DNA from: Sandaracinaceae bacterium
Lineage (GTDB): Bacteria; Myxococcota_A; Polyangia; Polyangiales; Sandaracinaceae
Assembly: GCA_044220955.1 (NCBI GenBank)
Contig: JBGAQA010000026.1
Location: 1 to 64,000, forward strand
Length of the DNA stretch: 64,000 nucleotides
Reading direction: 5' to 3'
The notes beneath the pieces are model-generated. The model saw only the letters and a list, made by a program, of their open reading frames with translations. It was not told the origin of the DNA and ran no database searches. Positions 1 to 9,380 of the stretch are shown piece by piece (positions within the stretch are counted from its first letter, which is position 1; the number at the start of each line of letters is the position of its first letter). Position numbers and translations under genes: made by a program.

Positions 1-132
1 AACCGTGAGCGGTCCGAGCGCGCCGCGCTGCTCGAGCCCGCGCGTCGGGTCCTCGACCCAGCGGACCAGATCCTCCGGCGAGCGCGGCTGGTCACAGGCC
101 ACGAGGAGCCCGAGGAGCGCGAGCCTACTCAT
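1..132 (-). CDS. Putative lipoprotein, 5' part (runs off the left edge)
   Basis: My translation from ATG at 132: MSRLALLGLLVACDQPRSPEDLVRWVEDPTRGLEQRGALGPLTV; hydrophobic stretch plus LVAC lipobox; start overlaps the stop of the upstream ORF (ATGAGTAG). Confidence 0.6.
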   Translation of the reverse strand, partial: MSRLALLGLLVACDQPRSPEDLVRWVEDPTRGLEQRGALGPLTV

Positions 133-454
133 AGCGGAAGCGCAGCATCTGCCGCTGCCCTCGCGCGTCGGTGACCTCGAACATCTCCTTGTTCGAGGCG
201 CAGCCGCCGGCGGTCAGCAGGATGTTGTCGCCGAGGTGGCGCGCGCGCTTGCCTTGGGCATCCTCCGCGCCCACGCCGGCGACCCCGCCGCCGCTCCCGA
301 CGCCACCGCCGGGGCCGCCACCTTCCAGCGCCGCGGCCGTCGCGCCGGACCCGCCGCCACCCGCGAGCGTGATCGAGGCCACGACGCCCGCGACCGACGC
401 GGACTGGGCGAGCTTCGCCGCCTCGCTCGAGGGGCGGCTCGTGCGGCCCGGCAC
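125..454 (-). CDS. Short Gly-rich ORF, probably the 3' remnant of a longer gene
   Basis: Protein-like C-terminus (LGDNILLTAGGCASNKEMFEVTD...LRFRYE) coupled to the downstream lipoprotein start; 5' end collides head-to-head with the FAD oxidase. Confidence 0.4.
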   Translation of the reverse strand: MPGRTSRPSSEAAKLAQSASVAGVVASITLAGGGGSGATAAALEGGGPGGGVGSGGGVAGVGAEDAQGKRARHLGDNILLTAGGCASNKEMFEVTDARGQRQMLRFRYE

Positions 455-1823
455 GTCCGACTACGCGCTCACGCACCAGCTCTACGATCCGCGCTTCGAC
501 GAGGTGCACCCTGCGGGCATCGCCTACTGCGCGTCGGAGGGCGACGTGCAGCGCTGCATCGCGTTCGCCCGCGCCCACGCGCTGCCGTTCACGGCGCGCT
601 GCGGCGGGCACAGCTACGCGGGGTACTCGACGTGCACGGGCCTCGTCTGCGACGTCGGGCCGATGAGCGCCGTGACCTTCGACGCGGCCGCGAGCACGGC
701 GACCGTGGGCGCGGGCACGAAGCTCGTCGAGCTCTACGCTGCGCTCGGCCCGCGCGGCGTCGCGATCCCCGGCGGCACGTGCCCGAGCGTGGGCATCGCG
801 GGGCTCGCCCTCGGCGGCGGACAGGGCGTCGTCGGACGCAAGCTCGGGCTCACGTGCGACGCGATCCTCTCGCTGCGCATCGTCACCGCCGACGGAGCGA
901 TCCGCGTGTGCGACCAGACGCGCGAGCCCGATCTCTACTGGGCGTGCCGCGGCGCCGGCGGCGGGCACTTCGGCGTCGTCACCTCGTTCACGTTCCGCAC
1001 GCAGCCGATCGGCTCGCTCGTCCGCTTCTCGCACAGCTGGCCCTGGGCGGCCGCCGCGGACGTGATGCGCGCGTGGCAGGCGTGGGGACCCGGCGCGCCG
1101 GACGAGCTCTGGTCGAAGGTGCACTTCAACGCGGCGGGCTCGACTTACGGCGTCGGCATGGCGGGCGTGTACGCGGGCCCCGAGGTGGAACTGCGCGCGC
1201 AGCTCGACGCGCTCGCCGCGAGCGTCGGACGCCCGGCGCGGAGCACGCACGTGGCGACCGGCACCTACCTCGAGACGATGCTGATCGAGGCGTCGTGCAA
1301 CGACCGGCCGATCGAGGAGTGTCACCTCCCGGGCGTGACGCCCGCGGGCGCGCTCGGCCGGCGCGACCACGTCGGTCACTCGGACTTCTTCGCCGTGCCG
1401 CTCTCGAGCGCCGGGATCGCTGCCCTGATCGGCTCGGTGGAGGCGCGCGGCCAGGATCCGCTCCTCGCGCGCGGCGCGGGCGGCATCTCCTTCGACGCGC
1501 TCGGCGGCGCCATCAACCGCGTCGCGCCTGACGCGACCGCGTTCTTCCACCGCAGCTCGCTCTTCCTCGCGCAGTACAGCACGCACTGGGCGGCGCACAG
1601 CACGCCGGACGTGATCGACGCCAACGTCGCGTGGCTCGACCGGTTCCACGACGCGATGCGGCCGCACGCGAGCGGCTACGCGTACGTGAACTACATCGAC
1701 GACCGCCTCGCGGGCTGGGAGCGCGCGTACTACGGCGACAACCTCGCGCGCCTGCGCCGGGTGAAGGCCCGCGTCGACCCGGACGGATTCTTCCGCTTCG
1801 CGCAGGGCATCACCGCGGGCTGA
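369..1823 (+). CDS. FAD-linked oxidoreductase, berberine bridge enzyme-like
   Basis: RCGGHSY FAD-attachment motif, GTCPSVGIAGLALGGG, DLYWACRGAGGGHFGVVT, C-terminal AYVNY...YYGDNLARLRRVKARVDP. GTG 369 chosen as start; residues encoded by 171-368 look like antisense shadow. Confidence 0.9.
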   Translation: MIEATTPATDADWASFAASLEGRLVRPGTSDYALTHQLYDPRFDEVHPAGIAYCASEGDVQRCIAFARAHALPFTARCGGHSYAGYSTCTGLVCDVGPMSAVTFDAAASTATVGAGTKLVELYAALGPRGVAIPGGTCPSVGIAGLALGGGQGVVGRKLGLTCDAILSLRIVTADGAIRVCDQTREPDLYWACRGAGGGHFGVVTSFTFRTQPIGSLVRFSHSWPWAAAADVMRAWQAWGPGAPDELWSKVHFNAAGSTYGVGMAGVYAGPEVELRAQLDALAASVGRPARSTHVATGTYLETMLIEASCNDRPIEECHLPGVTPAGALGRRDHVGHSDFFAVPLSSAGIAALIGSVEARGQDPLLARGAGGISFDALGGAINRVAPDATAFFHRSSLFLAQYSTHWAAHSTPDVIDANVAWLDRFHDAMRPHASGYAYVNYIDDRLAGWERAYYGDNLARLRRVKARVDPDGFFRFAQGITAG

Positions 1824-1869
1824 GTCGAGCGCGATTGCCGGCGCCGCCGGCGCCATGTATGGGCAAGCC

Positions 1870-2466
1870 ATGCTCTGGTCTCGCCGATCGCTCGCACCGA
1901 TTCTCGTGGTCTGTCTCGCGGCATGCGGCGGAGCGGCCGACGCGGCCTCTCCGTCGTCGAGCGCGTCGAGCGCGGGCGGTGACACGGCCGAGCCCGCGCC
2001 GCCGCCGGTCCCCGCCGAGCTCGCAGCGAGCGCGGAGGCCGCCTGCGCCGCCGCGCGCACCTGGATGACCGACGCGGCCGCGAGGCCGCTCGACGCCAGC
2101 TGTGCGCTCGCGCCGGTCTACTTCTCCTGGAGCTACGAGTGGGACGAGGACGCCGCGGAGCACCGGCCCTCGCTCGACGGACGTCTCGAGCCCGAGGCCC
2201 TCGCCGTCCTCGACTGGGACGTGCGCTGCATGGCCGCGCGCGGCATCACGTCGATCGAGGCGACGGGCATGCTGTGGAGGCACGGCAGCGAGGAGTACGA
2301 CATGGCGCTCGCCGATCGCCTGGCGCGTGGCGTGCAGGACGCGCTCGCAGAGCGCGGCGTCGCGCGCGAGGCGATCACGACCCGCAGCGTCGGCCGCGAG
2401 CAGGCCTCCGGCACCGATCCGATCGGCTGGACGCGCGACGTCCGCGTCGAGCTCGCGCCGCGCTGA
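1870..2466 (+). CDS. Pal/OmpA-like lipoprotein with degenerate peptidoglycan-binding motif
   Basis: Lipobox LAAC; PVYF, GSEEYDMALADRLA, ITTRSVGREQ, RVEL follow the OmpA C-terminal domain pattern. Confidence 0.75.
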   Translation: MLWSRRSLAPILVVCLAACGGAADAASPSSSASSAGGDTAEPAPPPVPAELAASAEAACAAARTWMTDAAARPLDASCALAPVYFSWSYEWDEDAAEHRPSLDGRLEPEALAVLDWDVRCMAARGITSIEATGMLWRHGSEEYDMALADRLARGVQDALAERGVAREAITTRSVGREQASGTDPIGWTRDVRVELAPR

Positions 2467-2491
2467 CCTCGGGCCGCGCCCTCGTGCGCGG

Positions 2492-3250
2492 CTACGCGGT
2501 GCGCGCGGGCGCCACGCGGTCGATCACGGGCCGGTAGAGCTCGCGCGCGCCGCCGAGCACCGGCGTGCCGTGCGCGGGAAGCACGTTGCCGAAGGGCAGG
2601 CCGAGGATCGCTCGCAGGTCCGCGTGAGGCGGCTTGGCCTGCATGCGCCACGCCGGCCCGACGTTGTGCGGGACCATGAAGCCCATCGCCCGCATCACGG
2701 GGCGGGCGAGCCAGTTGAAGTACTCGTCGGGCGCCGCCCAGTTCTGGAGGCAGTCCCCCGAGACGATCACGCCCCCGTGCTGCGGCAGCACGAGCAGGCC
2801 CTCGGGCGGCGAGGACTCGATGCGGTGCAAGGTCGCGCCCTCGAGCGGCAGCGTCGTGCTGCCGTCGATCTCGACGTCGGGCGCGAAGTAGGTGTCGGCC
2901 GCCTTGGTGTCGAAGCCGGCGGTGTAGCGCTGGCCTCGCAGGGCCCAGACCTTCGCTCCGTAGCGGGCGGCGTAGAACGGATCGTCCATGCCGTGGTTGC
3001 CGGCGAGCCGGATCACGTCGGTCACCGTGCCTAGCCGGTCGAGCGCGGCGAGGCCCGGCTCGTCGAGCCGCACGCTGTTCACCAGGACGAGCCGCCCCTG
3101 CGCGCGGACGACCGTCATGTTCCGGCTCGATCGCATCGGCAGCGGGCCCGGGAACGCGAGGGTTCCCGTGACGAAGAAGAAGTCGGGCAGCACCTCGCGG
3201 AGCTCGCCGTGGGGAAGCGCGGGCGGGTGCGGGCGAGGGACGAGGCTCAT
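2492..3250 (-). CDS. Metallo-beta-lactamase-fold-like protein
   Basis: RNMTVVR...LVLVNSVRL, HGMDD, VSGDCLQN, LPAHG pattern; start at ATG 3250. Confidence 0.6.
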   Translation of the reverse strand: MSLVPRPHPPALPHGELREVLPDFFFVTGTLAFPGPLPMRSSRNMTVVRAQGRLVLVNSVRLDEPGLAALDRLGTVTDVIRLAGNHGMDDPFYAARYGAKVWALRGQRYTAGFDTKAADTYFAPDVEIDGSTTLPLEGATLHRIESSPPEGLLVLPQHGGVIVSGDCLQNWAAPDEYFNWLARPVMRAMGFMVPHNVGPAWRMQAKPPHADLRAILGLPFGNVLPAHGTPVLGGARELYRPVIDRVAPARTA

Positions 3251-3327
3251 CGGAAGGCCAAGGTAGCGCGTCGCCGCCGTGCAGCCACGCCGACGCGGCC
3301 GTGGCATGATCCCACCTGGAGGCACCG

Positions 3328-5277
3328 ATGGCGGCTCTCAGGTGGGTGCTCGCGGCGTTCCTCGCGGGGGCCATGTCGTCGGGCGCCGCGGGGTGCGGCC
3401 TCGCGCTCGACTACGGCCCGCCGGACCCCGTCCGTGGCATGGACGCCGGCCGCGCCGACGCGGGGAGCGTCGCGTGCGTGATGGGCGATGTGTGCGACGA
3501 CGGGCTGACCTGCACCGTGGACGCGTGCGTGGACGGAACGTGCGATCACGCGAGCGCTTGCCGCGCCGGTGTGGACTGCGTGGCGCGCGGCGCCGGGGAG
3601 TGCGCCTCGCGCTGCACGCGCGACGAAGACTGCGACGACCAGAGCGCGTGCACGACCGACGCGTGCAGCGCGGCGGACGGGCACTGCACGCACGCCTCCA
3701 CGTGCGACGCCGCGGCGCCCGTCTGCCTGCCGACGGGCGCCTGCGTGCCCGCGCACTGCGCGGTGGACGCCGACTGCGACGATCAGAACGCCTGCAACGG
3801 GTCCGAGCACTGCACGGGCGGCGTGTGCACCGGAGGCGTGCCCGTGATCTGCGAGCAGCCCATCGACGGATGCGCGGCGATGGCCTGCGAGGCGCGCTTC
3901 GGCGAGTGCCGACCGGTGCCCGACGACGGCCGATGCGACGACGCGATCGGCTGCACGGTGGACCGGTGCCTGGCTCGAGACGGCGGCTTCGCGTGCAGCC
4001 ACGCGCCTTCGGACGTGGCGTGCGAGGACGGAAACGCGTGCACGGTGGACCGCTGTGACCCGCTGACGGGCTGCGTGGGGACCAGCGTCGCCTGCCCCAT
4101 CACGGCCCCGTGCATCACGAGCGCCACGTGCGAGGCGGCGACGGGCGCGTGCGTGTTCGAGTCGTCGTGCGTCGACCCCTTGGTGTGCACCGCGGCCGGC
4201 TGCGTCGATGCCCCGTGCACCTCCGACACCGACTGCAGCCACCTCGTCGACCCCACGGGATGCATGTTCTTCTGCGGCCCGGAGGGGGCGTGCGTGCAGG
4301 AGGCGCACTGCGCCGACCACTCCGGCTGCGCGAGCGCCGACGCCCTCTGCGCCGTCGACGCGAGCGCGTGTCACTACCACCCGGACGACGCCCGCTGCGA
4401 CGACTCCGACCCGACGACCCTCGATCGATGCGACCCCGGCACGTTCACCTGCCAGCACACGTGCGCGGATCTCCCGGGCGACTGCTTCACGGTGACGCTC
4501 GATCCCGGCACGGGGCGCTGCGTGCCGGTCCCCGACGATCGCATCTGCGAGAGCATGCACGGGACGCCTGCGCCGACCGACTGCACCGAGTGGCTCTGCG
4601 TCGGGGGAGGCGCGTCGGACGGCTGCGCCCGCCTGCCGCTCGCGCGCAACTGCGACGACGGTCGCACCTGCACGGAGGACGTCTGTGCCGTGCAGACCGA
4701 TGGCAGCGGGACCTGCGCGCGAACGCCCGACGACACCGCGTGCGACGACGGCGCCGCCTGCTCGACGGATCGCTGCGACCCGAGCGTCGGCGACCCCGCG
4801 AGCGGCTGCGTCCATCGCCTCAACGACCCGGCCTGCTCGGTCGGCGTGACGTTCGAGTGCGCGGAGCTCTACTGCGCCGGCGGCTCCCGCCCCGGACCGG
4901 TCCTCGGGGGCATGACCTATCCGACCGGCTGCGCCGTGCGCTACCGGCCGTGCGGCGGCGGTGGGCCGCCGGACGCCGCGCTCCCGGACGGTGGCCTCTT
5001 CGGGCCCGACGCGCGTTTGCCCGACGGCGGCGGCACGACGTTCGTTCGCTACTGCTCGCCGAGCACCGGGACCTGCGTGACCGGCGGCGGGTCGTGCTCG
5101 CTCGGCTGCGACGACGGCAACCGCTGCAACGGCATCGAGTCGTGCGCGGGCTCCGCGTGCGCCCCGGGCGCGCCCGTCGTGTGCGGGATCGACCCGTTCA
5201 GCAACTGCCCGCTCGTCTGCGAGCCCGCGACCGGCGCGTGCGTGCCCCCGGGCGCGTTCACGTGCACGGTGACGTAG
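3328..5277 (+). CDS. Cys-rich repeat lipoprotein (CDDGxxCTxDxC repeats, Dictyostelium CTDC-like)
   Basis: Signal with AAGC lipobox; repeated CDDGLTCTVDAC, CDDQSACTTDAC, CEDGNACTVDRC, CDDGRTCTEDVC. Confidence 0.85.
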   Translation: MAALRWVLAAFLAGAMSSGAAGCGLALDYGPPDPVRGMDAGRADAGSVACVMGDVCDDGLTCTVDACVDGTCDHASACRAGVDCVARGAGECASRCTRDEDCDDQSACTTDACSAADGHCTHASTCDAAAPVCLPTGACVPAHCAVDADCDDQNACNGSEHCTGGVCTGGVPVICEQPIDGCAAMACEARFGECRPVPDDGRCDDAIGCTVDRCLARDGGFACSHAPSDVACEDGNACTVDRCDPLTGCVGTSVACPITAPCITSATCEAATGACVFESSCVDPLVCTAAGCVDAPCTSDTDCSHLVDPTGCMFFCGPEGACVQEAHCADHSGCASADALCAVDASACHYHPDDARCDDSDPTTLDRCDPGTFTCQHTCADLPGDCFTVTLDPGTGRCVPVPDDRICESMHGTPAPTDCTEWLCVGGGASDGCARLPLARNCDDGRTCTEDVCAVQTDGSGTCARTPDDTACDDGAACSTDRCDPSVGDPASGCVHRLNDPACSVGVTFECAELYCAGGSRPGPVLGGMTYPTGCAVRYRPCGGGGPPDAALPDGGLFGPDARLPDGGGTTFVRYCSPSTGTCVTGGGSCSLGCDDGNRCNGIESCAGSACAPGAPVVCGIDPFSNCPLVCEPATGACVPPGAFTCTVT

Positions 5278-5377
5278 CCAGGCCGCCTCTCACGCGGCGC
5301 GGGATCGACTCGCCCGCGACCAGAGCTGCGGGTCCACCCACCAGGTCGCATCTCTTGCCCCGCGCCGCAGAACGGGG

Positions 5378-6025
5378 TCAGGCGTCCTCTTCCTCTTCTT
5401 CCTCTTCCTCCTGTTCGTCGTCGGCGTCGTCGCCCGCGAACAGGCGCGCCAGCACCAGCATGCGATCGAGGTCGTCCCCCACCTGACTCGCCGTCGCCGA
5501 CTCACCACTGATGCGGAGGATCCCCTTCTCGAAGTGCGGGAACCGCCAGTCGCGCTTCAGCCCGAGCAGCGCCGCGCGCGCCTCCGGCGTGAGGCGTCGG
5601 AAGGCGGTCTCCCGATCTCCCTGGATCAGGAAAGCGTCGAAGGCCTCGTCGTGCCGCATGTCGACGACGGACTGCGGCACGGCGGACCCGTCGCGGACGG
5701 TATGGGCCGAGATGCTCAGCGGGATGGGCGTGCCGGGCGCCGAGACGGTGAGCACCCACGGGTAGACGAGCCTGCTGCGCGAGGCTCGGCTCGGGCGCGC
5801 GTGCTGCTGCAGGGCGACCTCGCTGCGCCCGATGGTCCCGAAGACGCGGAGCTCGGGCCAGGTGCCGCTCGTCTCGAGCTTGCGCTCGGCGGCGAAGCGC
5901 GCCCACGCCGCGGGCGAGTCGCGCAGCCATCGATCGCGCGTGGCCTTGTAGGCCCACCCGACGAGCCCACCCACGAGCCCGAACATGGCGAGCGCCAGGA
6001 TCTCGTCGGAACGCACGGACGACAC
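5378..6025 (-). CDS. Hypothetical membrane-anchored protein with acidic tail
   Basis: N-terminal TM (ILALAMFGLVGGLVGWAY); ends DDADDEQEEEEEEEEDA. Confidence 0.7.
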   Translation of the reverse strand: MSSVRSDEILALAMFGLVGGLVGWAYKATRDRWLRDSPAAWARFAAERKLETSGTWPELRVFGTIGRSEVALQQHARPSRASRSRLVYPWVLTVSAPGTPIPLSISAHTVRDGSAVPQSVVDMRHDEAFDAFLIQGDRETAFRRLTPEARAALLGLKRDWRFPHFEKGILRISGESATASQVGDDLDRMLVLARLFAGDDADDEQEEEEEEEEDA

Positions 6026-6117
6026 CTACCACGGCCGGACCGGTACCTGCCTCGGGCGTACGCCCAGAGCGTTGCGACGGAGGCGCGGAGGGCGCCGGCA
6101 GGCGTGAGTCGTACCGC

Positions 6118-6551
6118 TCAGAGCGCGCCCAGCGCGTCGTGAACCGCGTTCGCGACCAGGCCGATCACGCCGAGCAGGCCGAGCACGACGAGCGAGATGC
6201 TGAGAAAGGGCCGCCGGTCGACCGCGCGCCCGAGCTCGCGGGTGGTGCGCTTGGTGAGCGTCATCGGACACTGCACGCGGAAGCGGCCGTCGGCGATGAG
6301 ATGAAGCTGCTCGATCTCACCGGCGCTCTGCCAGCGCCTGCCGGGATCGCGCGCGAGGCCACGACGCACGAAGTGCACGTACTCCGCGCCGACAACCGCG
6401 CGATCGAACAGCACCACCTCGCCGAAGCGGCCGATCATGATGTTGGCGGGCTTGAGGTCGCGGTGGACGACGCCGCGCTCCTCACGGCGGGAGCGTCACC
6501 ACCTGCACGCTCCGCCACCGCGATGCCGAACTCGAGGAGGAAGGGCTCGCC
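6118..6551 (-). pseudogene. Ser/Thr protein kinase remnant
   Basis: Frame open from 6495 reads RGVVHRDLKPANIMIGRFGEVVLFD then directly a subdomain-XI-like VRRGLARDPGRRWQSA and a TM; no N-lobe or activation segment. Another frame gives GEPFLLEFGIA at 6519-6551. Confidence 0.75.
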
Positions 6552-6620
6552 TCGGCGCGGTGAGCCCGCGGCGCGGTCGCGGACGGTCGGTGACTGGCGC
6601 GCGCGCCGAGGCAGCGGGCG

Positions 6621-8534
6621 TCAGCGTCCGGGCAGAAACACCCGCGTGGGGCTCGCGCGCATGGTCGCGTCGCCGACGCCGAGCTGACCGGACGTGTTCA
6701 GGCCCCAGCAGTAGAGCTGGCTGCCTGCGCGGAGGCCACACGTGAACTGCGCTCCGGCGTGGACGGACTCCCAGTCGCCGTCCGTGCCGACACGCACGGG
6801 GGTCGTGCGATCGGCGCTCGGTGCGCCGAGGCCGAGCTCTCCGTCGAGGTTCTGGCCCCAGCAGTAGAGCGCGCCCGCCCGGATGCCGCAGGTGTGGACC
6901 GCGCCCGCCGCGACGCTCGCCCAGTCGCTCGCCGTCCCGACACGGACGGGCGAGGAGCTCGGCGCGGTCGAGCCGAGCCCGAGTCGTCCGTCCGTGCCCG
7001 CGCCCCAGCACCAGAGCTGACCGGACTGGATGGCGCACGCGTGCGTCTGGCCGGCGGCCACCGTCGACCACGCGGCCCCGGTGCCGACCCGCGCCGGGAC
7101 GTTCGACTCGGTGCCCGCGCCCGACGTCCCGTTGCCGAGCTGACCGGCCTCGTTCTGTCCCGCGCACCAGAGCGTGTCGTCCGTCTGCACGCCGCAGGTG
7201 AAGCGGTGGCCGTGGCTGATCGAGCGCCACGCCGCGGAGCGTGGCGTGAGCACCGCGTGATCCACGTTGTCGCCGACGCCGAGCTGGCCGTAGTCGTTCT
7301 GCCCCATGCACGTCACGACACCGGCGGCGTCCAGCGTGCACGTTCCGTCGCCGGTGCGCGCCCCCTCGATCCGCTCCCAGGGGCCGATCGCCGACGTCAC
7401 GAGCGAGGGCGCGTACCGGCTCACGTTGTCGGCGAAGCCGATCTGGCCGTCCTCGTCGTCGCCCCAGCAGTAGAGCAGTGCTCCCTGGGAGGCACAGACG
7501 TGCTCGTCCCCGAGCCCGACGCGCGACCAGCTCGAGGAGCTCCCGACGCGCGTCGGCGCGTCGAGCTCCGTGCCCGCTCCCGCGACGCCCTGCCCGAGCT
7601 GTCCCTTGAGATCGTCGCCCCAGCACCAGAGCGTTCCGTCCGTCGCGAGCGCGCACGCGAACGCGGTTCCGACCGCGACCGCGCTCACCGTGCGACCGAC
7701 GCCGCACGTGCTGGTGGCCTCGCAGATCGGCGCGGCTCCCGCGCACGCCGCGCAGCTGCCGCCCGCGACGCCGCAGGCCGCGCTCGTGTCGCCCCCCTGG
7801 CACGCCGAGCCGTCCCAGCACCCCGTGCAGCACGCACCGGCGTGACAGGCGCCCGCGGCCGCGCGGCAGCTCGTGCCCTCGAGCGCCGGGCCGCACGCCC
7901 CGAGCGTGCAGGCGCCGCACTCCCCGCACTCGGCGTCGGTGCTGCAGCCGGCGTCGCTCCCGGCGTCGTCGGCGAAGGCGTCGGGCGACCCCGTGTCGCG
8001 CGCACCCGCGTCGCCCGGGCCCGCGTCGCCCGGGCCCGCGTCGCCCGGGCCCGTGTCGCCCGGGCCCGTGTCGCCCGCGTCGGCCGGCCCCGCGTCCGCC
8101 GCGCCGCACGCGCCCGACGCGCACATCGCGCCGGGACACAGCGCGCGCTCGCTGCTCGCGGCCAGCGTCACGCGGATGGTCATGCCGTCGTCGCGCGGCA
8201 GCTCGACGTCGACGCACCCGGTGGCGAACTCGATGCACGACGCGTCGCGCGCGCGCCCCTCGAGCCCATAGCGGCCCGCCTCGAGGCGCGGAGGCATCGG
8301 CGGCGTCTCTCCTCGCCCGGCCTCCGCTGCGTAGCGAACCGAAGTGCTGCTGCACCCGCCCGTGAGGATGCGCCCCTCGACGCGCGCCGCGCGCATGCCG
8401 AGCGCGGGATCGGCGAAGACGATCTCCCACGAGAGCCGGCCGACCGCGGGCTGGCACCCGTCGATCGCGAGCACGCCACCGGCGAGGGTGATCCCGATCG
8501 TGAGTGCCCGTGCTCGAGGGTCGATCCAGCGCAT
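6621..8534 (-). CDS. RCC1/BLIP-II repeat beta-propeller lipoprotein
   Basis: Repeats of HxC...LxCWGxNxxGQLG; signal ending IDGC from ATG 8534; DAGP linker and Cys-rich spacer. Confidence 0.88.
   Translation of the reverse strand: MRWIDPRARALTIGITLAGGVLAIDGCQPAVGRLSWEIVFADPALGMRAARVEGRILTGGCSSTSVRYAAEAGRGETPPMPPRLEAGRYGLEGRARDASCIEFATGCVDVELPRDDGMTIRVTLAASSERALCPGAMCASGACGAADAGPADAGDTGPGDTGPGDAGPGDAGPGDAGARDTGSPDAFADDAGSDAGCSTDAECGECGACTLGACGPALEGTSCRAAAGACHAGACCTGCWDGSACQGGDTSAACGVAGGSCAACAGAAPICEATSTCGVGRTVSAVAVGTAFACALATDGTLWCWGDDLKGQLGQGVAGAGTELDAPTRVGSSSSWSRVGLGDEHVCASQGALLYCWGDDEDGQIGFADNVSRYAPSLVTSAIGPWERIEGARTGDGTCTLDAAGVVTCMGQNDYGQLGVGDNVDHAVLTPRSAAWRSISHGHRFTCGVQTDDTLWCAGQNEAGQLGNGTSGAGTESNVPARVGTGAAWSTVAAGQTHACAIQSGQLWCWGAGTDGRLGLGSTAPSSSPVRVGTASDWASVAAGAVHTCGIRAGALYCWGQNLDGELGLGAPSADRTTPVRVGTDGDWESVHAGAQFTCGLRAGSQLYCWGLNTSGQLGVGDATMRASPTRVFLPGR
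8005..8077 (-). repeat. 15-bp coding tandem repeat (GD[AT]GP)
   Basis: About 5 copies of cccg[c/t]gtcgcccggg on the + strand. Confidence 0.9.
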
Positions 8535-8552
8535 GCGTGCCGACGCGTGGCG

Positions 8553-9374
8553 ATGATACGCTCGTGCCTCGTGAGGGTCACTCGCTCGCTCGCGTCCCTC
8601 GTCCTCGGCGCATCGGTCGCGCTCGCGACGTGGGTGGCGCCCGGACACGCCGCCGCGCACGCGCTCGTCGACGAGGGGCGGCGGCTGTACGAGGAGGAGG
8701 CCGACTTCGTCGCCGCGCTCGACGTCCTCGGACGTGCGGCGGCGGGCGACGACCTCGTCGTCGACGACGTCGTCTCGCTCTTCGAGACGCGGGCGCTCGT
8801 CTACCTCGCCATGGGGCGGCAGGACGACATGCGCGCCGATCTCCGGCGGCTCGCGGCCATCCGGACCGACCACGCCCTGCCCTCCGGTGCGCCGCCCGAC
8901 GTCGTCGCGGCCTTCGCCGAGATCCGCGCGACGAGCGCGGGCCCGCCGCGGCTGAGCGCGTCGACCGAGGCGTCCGCGCTCGGCGTGACGGTCAGCGTGC
9001 GCGTCGACGACGACGCCCTCGACCTCGTGCGCGAGGTGCGCATCACGGGGCGCGTGGCCGGCGGCGAGTGGGAGCACGCGACCGGCGCGCCGCTCTTCGT
9101 CGCGACGCCGAGCGGCGGCGTCGTCGAGTACTACGCGGAGGCGATCGGGCCCGGGGGCGCCGTGATCGCCAGGACTGGAGAGCCCAGCGCCCCGCTCCGC
9201 GCGGCGCCGGTCGTGGCCGCAGCCGCGACCGGCGGAGGCGAGCCGACCTGGCCGTGGGTCGTCGGCGGCGTCGGGGCGGCCCTCGTGGTGGCCGTCGTGG
9301 TGACGGTGGTCGTGCTCACGGCCGGCGGCGGGCAGAGCGGCACCGACGTCGCGCCGTTCACGGTGCGCTTCTAG
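8553..9374 (+). CDS. Exported TPR-like protein with C-terminal TM
   Basis: Signal peptide, helical EGRRLYEEEADFVAALDVL, C-terminal WPWVVGGVGAALVVAVVV and terminal VRF; start uncertain (8553 or 8571). Confidence 0.7.
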   Translation: MIRSCLVRVTRSLASLVLGASVALATWVAPGHAAAHALVDEGRRLYEEEADFVAALDVLGRAAAGDDLVVDDVVSLFETRALVYLAMGRQDDMRADLRRLAAIRTDHALPSGAPPDVVAAFAEIRATSAGPPRLSASTEASALGVTVSVRVDDDALDLVREVRITGRVAGGEWEHATGAPLFVATPSGGVVEYYAEAIGPGGAVIARTGEPSAPLRAAPVVAAAATGGGEPTWPWVVGGVGAALVVAVVVTVVVLTAGGGQSGTDVAPFTVRF

Positions 9375-9380
9375 CCCGCC

